Positions 28,403 to 37,187 of a stretch of 64,000 bases of DNA are shown in pieces. Positions within the stretch are counted from its first letter, which is position 1. Each line of letters opens with the position of its first letter. The stretch lies in assembly GCA_965248265.1 (NCBI GenBank), contig CBDFJF010000002.1:672001-736000 (forward strand), read 5' to 3'. The notes under the pieces were generated by a model. It was not told where the DNA came from, ran no database searches, and saw only the letters and a program-made list of their open reading frames with translations. Origin of the DNA: Candidatus Latescibacterota bacterium (lineage in GTDB: Bacteria > Latescibacterota > UBA2968 > UBA8231). Made by a program: the position numbers and the translations under genes.

Positions 28403-29745
28403 TGGCGCGAGGACTCACCCTGGTCTGGTTGCTGCTCCTGACAGTCCTGTGCCTCGGGCGTCCACTTTTCGGCGACGCCACATCCGCTGACACGACGACG
28501 ACGGACAGTACCGCCGCGGAGGAGGAAAAATCCCGGCTGGAAAAGGTCGGCGGACTGCCAGACAGCATCGTCGGGGCCGTGAGCAAGGCCAATCCGGTCG
28601 CCGCGACCAGCCAGACCGTGGACATGGCCAAGTGGATGGCCAGACGCAAGCAGTTGAGCATAGGCGGGCACAACTTCGGCTTTACCGGTCTGCCCATCGT
28701 TTTCTATACGCCGAACAACAAGACCTGGAGCTACGGCGCACGGGTGCAATGGGCGGATTACCAGCGGCCACCCTATCGTTACAAGCTCACCTTCAACTGG
28801 GTGCGCTCCACTGAGGGGCGGTTGAGCCTTTTCGGCCGTCTCAAGGTTCCCCAGATATCCGGCACTGGTTTCGGGGTGCGTCTTTTTGTCGCCACCAACC
28901 GGGACGTCCGAGCCCGCTATTACGGATTGGGCAACGAATCTGAAATAGATACCAATCTGGCGGACTCCGACTACTACTTCTACGTGCTGGAGCGGCCACG
29001 GGCGATCATGAGTCTGCTCCGCCACCTCCACGGTCCGGTTTCGATGTCCGTCGGATTTGGTCTGGAGCGTTCGGAGATAACAGCCCGCGGCGATAGCTCC
29101 TTCTACCAGAACGACGTTGCTCGCGAGGGGGTCGACGACGGGGTAACCGGATTCTTGAGTGCGACGCTGCAGTGGGATTCACGCGATGACCCTACGATTC
29201 CGAAGCGGGGGGCCTTTCACGAGTGGTCCTATGAGACCTCGCGCAATTCACTCATCGGGTTGTTTTTTGAGGAAATCGACTTTGAGCGCTACACCCTGAC
29301 CGATTCTCGCTATTACCCCATTACAGAGCGATTCAATCTGGCCAATCGCGTCATTTTCGAGGCGCTCAAGGGGTCGGTCCCCTTGTACGCCTTCGGTGAG
29401 ATCGGGGGTAGTCGCCGGTCCAAAGGGGTGGGAGGAGGTGACACCCTGCGCGGCTTCGACAGCCAGCGGTTCACTGACAACATCAGGGCGATTACGAACA
29501 CGGAGTTCAGGTACCGTCTGCATAATCAGAGACTGAAGAAGCAGTGGCTGGAGTGGACGGGTGTGTTCTTCGTCGACAGCGGGCAGGTATCACCTGGCGT
29601 TTCCGATCTCAGCCTGGCGGGCAATCACTGGGCCAGTGGTTTCGGGCTGCGGCTCTATTGGAACGCCGACTTCGTGATCCGTCTGGACCTGGCTTTCGGT
29701 AGCGAACAGGGCAACGCCAGCTTCAAGTACCGCAACATCTTCTAA
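28399..29745 (+). CDS. Omp85/BamA-TamA family outer membrane protein without recognisable POTRA domains
   Basis: Signal peptide, GLPIVFY, WDSRD..TIPKRG, LRGF loop-6 motif, FVDSG, GFGLR, C-terminal F. Confidence 0.82.
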   Translation: MMARGLTLVWLLLLTVLCLGRPLFGDATSADTTTTDSTAAEEEKSRLEKVGGLPDSIVGAVSKANPVAATSQTVDMAKWMARRKQLSIGGHNFGFTGLPIVFYTPNNKTWSYGARVQWADYQRPPYRYKLTFNWVRSTEGRLSLFGRLKVPQISGTGFGVRLFVATNRDVRARYYGLGNESEIDTNLADSDYYFYVLERPRAIMSLLRHLHGPVSMSVGFGLERSEITARGDSSFYQNDVAREGVDDGVTGFLSATLQWDSRDDPTIPKRGAFHEWSYETSRNSLIGLFFEEIDFERYTLTDSRYYPITERFNLANRVIFEALKGSVPLYAFGEIGGSRRSKGVGGGDTLRGFDSQRFTDNIRAITNTEFRYRLHNQRLKKQWLEWTGVFFVDSGQVSPGVSDLSLAGNHWASGFGLRLYWNADFVIRLDLAFGSEQGNASFKYRNIF

Positions 29746-29815
29746 GTGCCCTGTCACGGAAGTATCCTTGTATTCGGCGCCCTCAATTCACAAGCCTACT
29801 TCCGCGACAGGGCAC
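29746..29815. mobile_element. 70-bp MITE-like hairpin with 19-bp inverted repeats and flanking TAA
   Basis: TAA-GTGCCCTGTCACGGAAGTA...TACTTCCGCGACAGGGCAC-TAA between convergent stop codons; may also act as a terminator. Confidence 0.6.
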
Positions 29816-30384
29816 TAACGCCCGGCGTCTGGCCGCAGCACCGGTTCCAAAACCCGGGTCATGCGGAAGCCCAGATAAGCAGTCGCGAGGCCGACCACAA
29901 GGTCTTTCGGCAGCGGCAGCAATCCAATTTTCAACGCGGTATGGAGCTCCATTGGAGTTGCCAGTATGAAGGCCATCACCGCGGCGAGGTAGGGCACCCC
30001 CACGATGTAGTCCACGAACAGCGCGGCCAATACACCCAGGGCGCAACGGCCGTAGGTCCGCGATTTCTGGGTTATGAAGCCGGCGACAAACGCCGCCGGG
30101 ACGAATCCGAGCAAGTACCCGAACGAGGGCTCGAGTACGTACTGTGGACCACCGCCCTTGGCGAAGACGGGAAACCCGATCAGGCCGGTGATGAGGTAGA
30201 CCACCTGGCTGGTAGCTCCGCGCCACGGTCCCAGCAACAATCCCGCGAGGCAGACGAAGGGTATTTGCAGGGTGATAGGTATGAACGGCAGAGGAATCTT
30301 GATGAAAGCCCCGACGGCGGTGAGGGCAGCCATCAGAGCGATCGGGGCGACGCTGATGGGGACGATTGAGTAGCTGCGATTCAA
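29815..30384 (-). CDS. bioY: Biotin transporter BioY
   Basis: IPITLQ, AGLLLGP..G, GLIGFPVFA.GGG, PSFGYLLGF. Confidence 0.93.
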   Translation of the reverse strand: MNRSYSIVPISVAPIALMAALTAVGAFIKIPLPFIPITLQIPFVCLAGLLLGPWRGATSQVVYLITGLIGFPVFAKGGGPQYVLEPSFGYLLGFVPAAFVAGFITQKSRTYGRCALGVLAALFVDYIVGVPYLAAVMAFILATPMELHTALKIGLLPLPKDLVVGLATAYLGFRMTRVLEPVLRPDAGR

Positions 30385-31265
30385 GAAGAAGGGGACGCCG
30401 GAACGGCGTCGGTCTCCACCGAAGCTGGTGCCAACAAGGCGATGATTCGCGCCACGGTTGCAGCCAGCTCACTGCGCCTGGCCACCAGGTCCACGAAGCC
30501 GTGGTCCTGGACGTTTTCAGCGATCTGGAAACCCGCGGGAAGCTCCTCCAACCCAAGAAACTGCTTGATGACAGACTGCCCGGCGAAGCCAATGCGCGCC
30601 CCGGGCTCGGCGATGTGGATGTCGCCGAGCATGGCAAAGCTAGCGGTCACACCGCCATAGGTCGGGTCCGTGAGTATGGAGATATAGAGAAGACCGGCAT
30701 CAGAGAGTCTGCGGAGCTTGGCACTGAGCTTGGCCATCTGCATAAGGGAGTAGGTGCTCTCCTGCATGCGGGCGCCACCTGACTGAGACAGCAGCACCAG
30801 ACTACGGCCGTCTGCGATGGCGCGATCGATCAGCCGCGCGATCTTCTCGCCGGTCGCTCCGCCCATGCTACCGAGAATGTAACGGGTGTCCATGATGCCC
30901 AGAGCGACGGGATGCCCGTCGATCCGGCAAACGCCGGTGCAGACAGACTCGTTGAGGCCGCTGGCCCGGCGGCCTTCTCTGATGCGGTCCGGGTAGCGGC
31001 GGTGATCGCGGAACTTTAGAGGGTCGGCAGTGGCAACGCCAGCATCCAGCTCTGAGAAACTGCCGCTATCGGCAAGGATGTCGATGTATCTCTCGTGGCC
31101 GATCGGGAAATGAAAGCCGCAGCGCGAGCAAACCCACAGATCGCGTTCCAGAGCGTTCTGGTAGACGGCTTCGCCGCACTGCTTACACTGGCTCCAGATG
31201 CCTTCCGGGATTTCCCGCTTGATCCGGGTCAGAATCCCGGATTTCATCTTTTCGAACCAGTTCAT
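30381..31265 (-). CDS. accD: Acetyl-CoA carboxylase carboxyltransferase beta subunit
   Basis: C4 zinc finger, DPLKF, GSMG...GEK, SGGARMQE, PTYGGVTASFAMLGD, AEPGARIGFAG. Confidence 0.96.
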   Translation of the reverse strand: MNWFEKMKSGILTRIKREIPEGIWSQCKQCGEAVYQNALERDLWVCSRCGFHFPIGHERYIDILADSGSFSELDAGVATADPLKFRDHRRYPDRIREGRRASGLNESVCTGVCRIDGHPVALGIMDTRYILGSMGGATGEKIARLIDRAIADGRSLVLLSQSGGARMQESTYSLMQMAKLSAKLRRLSDAGLLYISILTDPTYGGVTASFAMLGDIHIAEPGARIGFAGQSVIKQFLGLEELPAGFQIAENVQDHGFVDLVARRSELAATVARIIALLAPASVETDAVPASPSS

Positions 31266-31283
31266 GCCATTGTCTGCTGGCGG

Positions 31284-31679
31284 TTAGACGAGGCCTCGGC
31301 GACGCAGCCCAACTAGGGTGACGCCGGCCGTAACGAGGAGTCCGACCGAAGCCAATACCGCGGCCGACGAGGAGAATCGGCGGGACCGCACTACCCGGAC
31401 GTCCTCGAGTGCTGCGGATGGCTGGCCCAAACGGGCCACCAGCCGGTCGGCGAACGCGTTCGTGTCCGGCAGAGACGGAGGAATCATGGCGGCGTCGGCC
31501 AGCTGTGCCGCGTCTTCCAACAATGCGAGTCGATCGGCGCTGTCGGGTTCCATGACGATGCGTTCCTCGACATTGGCGTTGTCTTCCATCTCCAGTTCGC
31601 CATCCAGATACGCGGAGAAGAGTTCATCCCTTTTCTTGTCTTTCCCGAATGAAAAAAGGTCCATGGTCGCTGACTCCAT
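31284..31679 (-). CDS. Anti-sigma factor (RseA/RsiW-like N-terminus, C-terminal TM)
   Basis: ELFSAYLDGEL motif; one C-terminal hydrophobic helix; overlaps the ECF sigma stop by 1 nt. Confidence 0.75.
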   Translation of the reverse strand: MESATMDLFSFGKDKKRDELFSAYLDGELEMEDNANVEERIVMEPDSADRLALLEDAAQLADAAMIPPSLPDTNAFADRLVARLGQPSAALEDVRVVRSRRFSSSAAVLASVGLLVTAGVTLVGLRRRGLV

Positions 31680-32302
31680 CAGAGTAGTTCGTGCCGTAGC
31701 AGCTTGCCGAGGAGTTTCTTTCTCGCGCTGTGAATACGCGAACTGACGGTGCCCACGGGGACCTGCAGCACCCGGGAGATCTCGTCGTAGGAGAGCTCTT
31801 CGAAACTGTTGAGTACCAGGGCCTCACGTAGCGCCTCAGGGAGTTCGTCCACCAACTTGAGGACGATTCTGCGTGTTTCACTGGAAATGCATTCGGACTC
31901 GGGGTTTGGAGTCATCTCTCTTTCCAGCTGCGGCAGGTACTCAGCTTCCTCGCCGTCAACGCCCTGATGCAGACCCAAGCGGTACCAAGCAGAACGGGAC
32001 CGGTCGCGGCGACGGTTGAGGCTCAGCCGCAGGACGATACGCAGGATCCAGGTCTTGAGCGAGGAATCGCCGCGGAACTGCGGCAGGGCACGATGGATCT
32101 TGATGAATGCATCCTGCACTACCTCCTCGGCATCTCCGCGCTCTCCCAGGACCTTGAACGCCAGGCTATAGGCGAGGGGGTGGAACTCGCCAACCAGGCT
32201 ACGCAAGGCATCGGGGTTGCCAGCGACGACGCGCCGTACGCGTTCCTGTTCGTGCGCGCGCGCATTTTCCGGGTGCAATCTGAGACTTTTGCGAATGCCC
32301 AT
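31679..32302 (-). CDS. ECF RNA polymerase sigma factor
   Basis: DAEEVVQDAFIK, FRGDSSLKTWILRI, LSYDEISRVLQVPVGTVSSRIHSAR. Confidence 0.93.
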   Translation of the reverse strand: MGIRKSLRLHPENARAHEQERVRRVVAGNPDALRSLVGEFHPLAYSLAFKVLGERGDAEEVVQDAFIKIHRALPQFRGDSSLKTWILRIVLRLSLNRRRDRSRSAWYRLGLHQGVDGEEAEYLPQLEREMTPNPESECISSETRRIVLKLVDELPEALREALVLNSFEELSYDEISRVLQVPVGTVSSRIHSARKKLLGKLLRHELL

Positions 32303-32659
32303 TTCTTCGTCCTGCGGTAAACGATCTTGCCGGTCGAGGGCAGGGAGCCCATCCCGCTACAGCGTAGACACTGAAAAAGCCCCTCCGCTTCAGTCCGGTT
32401 GACGAGCATGAAATCTATCGGGAAAAATATAAAGGAAATGCGGCCAATCGCCGCCGGGGTGCCGGCTGACGGATCGAAACCACCGGTAGACTCAGGTGTC
32501 AGCAACGTAGTCATACAGGATGCCTGAGCGCACCGAAACCCTATATTCTGCCGTCATGGAGCCCCTCAACTTGAGCGCTTCACCGAAGCGAAGTCTCGCC
32601 TTGCTGCCGGCGCCCTACAGGGCCGATATTGACGGTTTCCGCAAGCGCTGAAGATTGAT

Positions 32660-33889
32660 ATGCCGATCGCCGATTCACGAATGCACCTGTCCATTATCTC
32701 AATGTTCCCAATTTTTATCTCAATGTTCCCAATTTTGGTCCTCGTCCTCTTCGTTGGCGTCGCCGGTTCTCCGAAAGCCGGCGACGCGGAATCGAAAACG
32801 ACGACTGCACTCACTACGGCCGATTCCACCAGGAAGTACAGGTATCTCGCCAAGACCGCGCGGGAGCGGAAGGAGCACGACAAGGCACTGGAGTACTACC
32901 GACGGCTCCTGCTCTACGATCCCGATTACGCGGCGGCGCATTACTTCCGTGGCAAGATCCTCGTAGAGCAAAAGAACTTTTCCGCCGCCAAGGAGTGTCT
33001 GCTGGCAGCGATCGGTCTCGACTCAACGCTCGTCAACTGCAACGCCCTGTTGTGCCGGCTTTATCTCAAGGAGGACAAACCCGACTCGTCGCAGCTTTAC
33101 GTGAATCGCATCCGCGATCTCAAGGCAGGTCGCTTCAGGCCTTTGCAGCGACGCATCGCCGACGCGCTTCGGCGTGCAGGAATGACCAGAGACGCCATTG
33201 CCCAATACGAAAACCTGGCTGCCGCGGATTCGTCCAATACCGGAGAGCTGTATGCCCTGTTGGCGACGCTGCATCAGGATATCGGCGAGTCGCACGAAGC
33301 ACTGAATTGGCGAACGCGTCTGCTGTCGCACCAGGTACAAATGGTACCCTGCAGTACCGAGGTCAGGATTGAGACGCTGCAGGAAATGGTGCTTCTTCAA
33401 GAACAGACCGGGGCTTACGACGATGCTCTGGCGACCCTGGACGAGTTGGCGAAAGTGGATTCGGGCAATGGTTACCCCTACTACAGCCAGATGGCTGATA
33501 TCGCTGAGAGGGCCAGCAGGCCGGCCATCAAGAGAGCTGCGTTGGAGGGCATGGCCACAGCCAACCCAAAGGACGTGGAGAGCGTTGCCGCTCTGGCAGA
33601 GCTGCTTCTGGCCGAGGACAGGTTCGACGCGGCCGGGGAGTGGATAGCAAGGGGGCTCGCCATCGTGCCGGCCGACGCGCATTTGCAGGTCCTCAAGGGC
33701 GACATCATGTCACGCAAAGGGTTGGAGGAGCAGGCCATCGCTGCCTTTGAAATCGCTTTGGACGATCCGGACTGGCGCGGCGTCGCCCAACAGCGTATCT
33801 GGCAATTGCGCCCTCCGGAAACGGAGGAGGAAAAACTCAAGCGGGCGTTTTTCGGAGAAACCGGCGCGGATGCCAACCCTCCGGAGTAA
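32660..33889 (+). CDS. Exported TPR protein (start uncertain)
   Basis: Hydrophobic N-terminus, then multiple TPRs (ALEYYRRLL..DPDYAAAHYFRG); heads the exbB-exbD-tonB cluster. Confidence 0.8.
   Translation: MPIADSRMHLSIISMFPIFISMFPILVLVLFVGVAGSPKAGDAESKTTTALTTADSTRKYRYLAKTARERKEHDKALEYYRRLLLYDPDYAAAHYFRGKILVEQKNFSAAKECLLAAIGLDSTLVNCNALLCRLYLKEDKPDSSQLYVNRIRDLKAGRFRPLQRRIADALRRAGMTRDAIAQYENLAAADSSNTGELYALLATLHQDIGESHEALNWRTRLLSHQVQMVPCSTEVRIETLQEMVLLQEQTGAYDDALATLDELAKVDSGNGYPYYSQMADIAERASRPAIKRAALEGMATANPKDVESVAALAELLLAEDRFDAAGEWIARGLAIVPADAHLQVLKGDIMSRKGLEEQAIAAFEIALDDPDWRGVAQQRIWQLRPPETEEEKLKRAFFGETGADANPPE
32694..32736. repeat. In-frame 21-bp tandem duplication
   Basis: TTATCTCAATGTTCCCAATTT x2, giving ISMFPIF-ISMFPIL. 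Confidence 0.85.
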
Positions 33890-33949
33890 GTGAGCGTCAT
33901 CGGAAGGTGTTGAAAACGAAAGCAAAGTCACTGATCTGAAGGAGCTGTG

Positions 33950-34573
33950 ATGCTTGGACTAATTCAGGACGGCGGATGGGCGATGTACCCCCTCATAGTC
34001 TTGCTCGTACTCGGAATCGCCATCGCTCTCGAACGCCTGTACAACCTGGGTCGCGCGGCTATCGACGCGGATGTGTTTTTCACCGAACTCGAGGCTGCGC
34101 TCAAGTCCGGGGGACCGGAACGGGCGGCTGAACTGTGCGCCCGGACCAGGGGGCCCGTGGCCTCCGTCATCCACGCCGGACTGTTGCGGATTCACCGGGG
34201 CATCGATCATGTCGAGAAAGCCATCGACAACGCAGGAGCCGTCGAGATGGCCTTCCTCGAGCGTGGCATGGTGTGGTTGTCGACGGTAGCCAATCTGGCG
34301 CCGATGATCGGTTTCCTGGGCACGGTCAGCGGCATGATCAACGCCTTTCAGGCAATCAAGGTGGCCGGCGACGTCGAACCCTCGATGGTGGCCGGCGGTA
34401 TCTCCGAGGCGCTGATCACGACCGCGACCGGGTTGGTGGTCGGCATCATCATCCAATTTTGCCACAACTTTTTTGCCTCCCGAATTGACCGCATCATCGC
34501 CGATATGACCGAGCACGCGGCAGGCTTCATCGATGTGCTGGCGGAACGCGAACTGGCCGGCGGCAACGGCTGA
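33950..34573 (+). CDS. exbB: MotA/TolQ/ExbB proton channel
   Basis: GGWAMYPL, APMIGFLGTVSGMINAF, AGGISEALITTATGL. Confidence 0.9.
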   Translation: MLGLIQDGGWAMYPLIVLLVLGIAIALERLYNLGRAAIDADVFFTELEAALKSGGPERAAELCARTRGPVASVIHAGLLRIHRGIDHVEKAIDNAGAVEMAFLERGMVWLSTVANLAPMIGFLGTVSGMINAFQAIKVAGDVEPSMVAGGISEALITTATGLVVGIIIQFCHNFFASRIDRIIADMTEHAAGFIDVLAERELAGGNG

Positions 34574-34602
34574 TCCTCGATCGGTTGAGGTAGAGAAAAA
34601 GC

Positions 34603-35022
34603 GTGAGAAAGCTCAAACACAAGCGGGTAGTTCCGGAGATACCCACGGCATCGATGGCGGACATCGCTTTCCTGCTGATCATCTTTTTTCTGGTGACGAC
34701 GACGATGTCCCAGGACAAGGGACTGTCTCTGCAATTGCCTCCCGTGGGTGAGACCAAGGAGGTAAAACAGAAGAACATCTGCAACGTCTGGATAAACGAT
34801 TCCGATCAGATAGCCTTCTACGAGCAGAAGCAGTTCACCCCGGTGGCCTTCGACCAGCTCCGCGCCGAGATCGAGCGCCGTCTGGCTGAGAACGAGAAGT
34901 TGATCGTGTCCCTGAAGGCGGAGCGCGGGGCGAACTACAGCCGGTTCGTCGACGTCCTTGACGAGCTCAAGCTCGCCGGGGCCACGCGCATCTCCATCGC
35001 TGAACCGGAGCCGGGTGATTGA
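34603..35022 (+). CDS. exbD: Biopolymer transporter ExbD/TolR
   Basis: IPTASMADIAFLLIIFFLVTT. Confidence 0.9.
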   Translation: MRKLKHKRVVPEIPTASMADIAFLLIIFFLVTTTMSQDKGLSLQLPPVGETKEVKQKNICNVWINDSDQIAFYEQKQFTPVAFDQLRAEIERRLAENEKLIVSLKAERGANYSRFVDVLDELKLAGATRISIAEPEPGD

Positions 35023-35453
35023 TGCGGTTTGCACGCAAATCCACCGTGGGCAGCGTCATTCCGACGGCGTCGATGGCGGACATCTCCTTCCTCCTTCTCG
35101 TCTTCTTCATGGTCAGTACCGTCTTCATCCGCTACCGCGGTATCCCCGTCGCGCTGCCGGAGGCGGAGAAGATCGAGGAGCTGGAGATGCGCCGGCATGT
35201 CACCAGCATATGGGTCAGCAATCAGGGTGTCATCAACATCGACGACGCTCTGGTCGCCTTGGACCAGGTCGGGCCACTCATTCACGCCAAGTTGACCGCC
35301 AATCCGCGTCTCGTGGTTTCGCTCAAAGCAGACGCTGACGCCGAATTCGGGCGCGTGTCCGATGTCCTGCAGGAACTGCGCAAGGTCGAGGCGCTACGAG
35401 TGAATTTCGCTACCCTCAGAGAAAACCGAAAAAAAGAGGACAGCACTCGATGA
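35019..35453 (+). CDS. exbD: Biopolymer transporter ExbD/TolR (second copy)
   Basis: IPTASMADISFLLLVFFMVST; LKAD motif. Confidence 0.9.
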   Translation: MMRFARKSTVGSVIPTASMADISFLLLVFFMVSTVFIRYRGIPVALPEAEKIEELEMRRHVTSIWVSNQGVINIDDALVALDQVGPLIHAKLTANPRLVVSLKADADAEFGRVSDVLQELRKVEALRVNFATLRENRKKEDSTR

Positions 35454-35490
35454 TGTCCGTATGCGATTACCCCTATCCGCCTGAATTATA

Positions 35491-36144
35491 ATGAGGTTGC
35501 GGAAATACCCTGAGGCCGATCTGCGGTTCACTTACCAGAAAGTGATGTGGACATGTGTAGGCATATCCGTCCTCGCTCACCTGATCATCCTGGTGGTGTA
35601 CCCGGCTGTCCAGGTCAGCGCCTACGCCAAGGCACAGGATCCAATCATCATACAACTGGAGCAGATTCCCGAGACCAAGCAGCAACGTCGTCCTCCTCCC
35701 CCTCCACGCCCGGTGGTCCCCATCATCAGCGACAATCCGGATGTGCCGGACGACGCCACGATCGAGACGACGGACTTTGATTTCCTCGCCGATCTGGCGC
35801 CTCCACCCGCGCTGGTGGACATCGACACCCAGGTCGAGGTCGAAGAAGAGGAAGTTGAATACGCAGAACTGTGGATGCTGGAGCAGAAGCCGGTGGTGAC
35901 AAAGGAAGTTTCTCCCGAGTACCCGCGCCGCGCCCGCGAACTCAAGATCGAGGGCACCGTTGTCGTAGAGATGTACCTGAACGAGCGTGGGAAGGTGGAT
36001 TCCGTACGTGTCATATCCGGTAATCCCCTGCTCCACGAGGTGACCAGGGAAGCAGCGGTGCAGTGGGAATTCACCCCTGCCATGCAGAATGATCGTCCCG
36101 TCCGTCTGAAAGTCGCTGTCCCGTTTTCATTTGAAATCCAGTGA
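35491..36144 (+). CDS. tonB: Energy transducer TonB
   Basis: N-terminal TM with SVLAH, Pro-rich spacer, PEYPRRARELKIEGTV, WEFTPAMQ. Confidence 0.9.
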   Translation: MRLRKYPEADLRFTYQKVMWTCVGISVLAHLIILVVYPAVQVSAYAKAQDPIIIQLEQIPETKQQRRPPPPPRPVVPIISDNPDVPDDATIETTDFDFLADLAPPPALVDIDTQVEVEEEEVEYAELWMLEQKPVVTKEVSPEYPRRARELKIEGTVVVEMYLNERGKVDSVRVISGNPLLHEVTREAAVQWEFTPAMQNDRPVRLKVAVPFSFEIQ

Positions 36145-36171
36145 CTTAGGGCCATCCCGACACGACCTCAG

Positions 36172-36200
36172 TTGCCATATCTCGGTGTTTTTATTACTAT
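36172..36200 (+). promoter_or_regulatory. Putative sigma70 promoter for nrdR
   Basis: TTGCCA-17 bp-TACTAT. Confidence 0.55.
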
Positions 36201-36368
36201 AAGGTCATCCTTGGACCCCGCCGGTTGGCTTATTTGTCCCCCTCCACGCGTCCGCAAGCGCTGATCCGGCGACCCCACGCTCCAGGAACAGCACTCCTCT
36301 GAGATCATCGCCGAAGCTCTCTCTCTTCCAGACTGAGGGCGAAGAGCAAGCCCGGGGAGCCACACCGC

Positions 36369-36818
36369 ATGCGTTGTCCATACTGTGACCATCAAGACGA
36401 TCGCGTGGTAGACTCACGGTCCTGCCGTGACGGCCAGGCCATCCGCCGCCGCCGCGAGTGCGTCAACTGCGAACAGCGGTTTACGACCTACGAGTACATC
36501 GAACATGCGCCCCTGACCATCGTCAAGCGGGATGGCAACCGGGAGCCCTTCGACCGCGGCAAACTCCTGGACAAGGTCCAACTCGCCTGCGTCAAGACCT
36601 CGGTCTCAGTCGATCAGATTGAAGAACTGGTCGACCAGGTCGAGAGCGATCTGAGCAACCTGGCCGAGAAGGAAGTGCCGGCCAAGCAGGTGGGCGAGCT
36701 GGTGATGGAGCGCCTCCGCAACCTGAACGATGTGGCCTACGTTCGTTTTGCCTCCGTTTACCGGCAATTCCGCGAAAAAAGCGATTTCGTGCGCGAGTTG
36801 GAGCAACTGGCGCACTAA
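36369..36818 (+). CDS. nrdR: Transcriptional repressor NrdR
   Basis: MRCPYC...VVDSR...IRRRREC..C..RFTTYE, ATP cone, VAYVRFASVYR. Confidence 0.98.
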   Translation: MRCPYCDHQDDRVVDSRSCRDGQAIRRRRECVNCEQRFTTYEYIEHAPLTIVKRDGNREPFDRGKLLDKVQLACVKTSVSVDQIEELVDQVESDLSNLAEKEVPAKQVGELVMERLRNLNDVAYVRFASVYRQFREKSDFVRELEQLAH

Positions 36819-36953
36819 ACCCACCACCCACCTGGACCGGTTATTTTCCGGCAAGATTCGGGTTCACAGCCGCCCTATGCCGGCGTTCGACTGCGTCTTC
36901 TCGTAGATTGTCCCTCGTCCCCCTCAGAGCATTACCGCAACACGCGAAAACGC

Positions 36954-36983
36954 TTGACAACGGCGCGGCGTCACCCATATATT
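36954..36983 (+). promoter_or_regulatory. Sigma70 promoter for nrdJ
   Basis: TTGACA-18 bp-TATATT, directly followed by NrdR boxes. Confidence 0.6.
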
Positions 36984-36995
36984 CGCTCTGTCGTT

Positions 36996-37042
36996 GCACA
37001 AGATCTTGTGTAGGGTTCCGAACTAACCCGGAGATCGTGTGG
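36996..37042. promoter_or_regulatory. Tandem NrdR boxes
   Basis: Palindromic GCACAAGATCTTGTGT (36996-37011) and degenerate CCCGGAGATCGTGTGG (37027-37042), centres 31 bp apart, between nrdR and the reductase. Confidence 0.7.
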
Positions 37043-37187
37043 TCTCGGGGTCTTTTGTTTATCTTTCTCCCCGCTTCCATATTATCGTACGGCCCCACTG
37101 GTTTCTGGCAGACCGCTTGGCGGGAAAGCCGCACTCGGTGTTTGCTCAGAATGAGGGCTGCTTACGCGCACGAATGGGGGAAGTCCA

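Noticed and set aside
32303-32659. Cobalamin riboswitch upstream of the TonB cluster or nrdJ
   Set aside because: No B12-box or GCCACTG/GGGAAG core found here or at 36819-37187.
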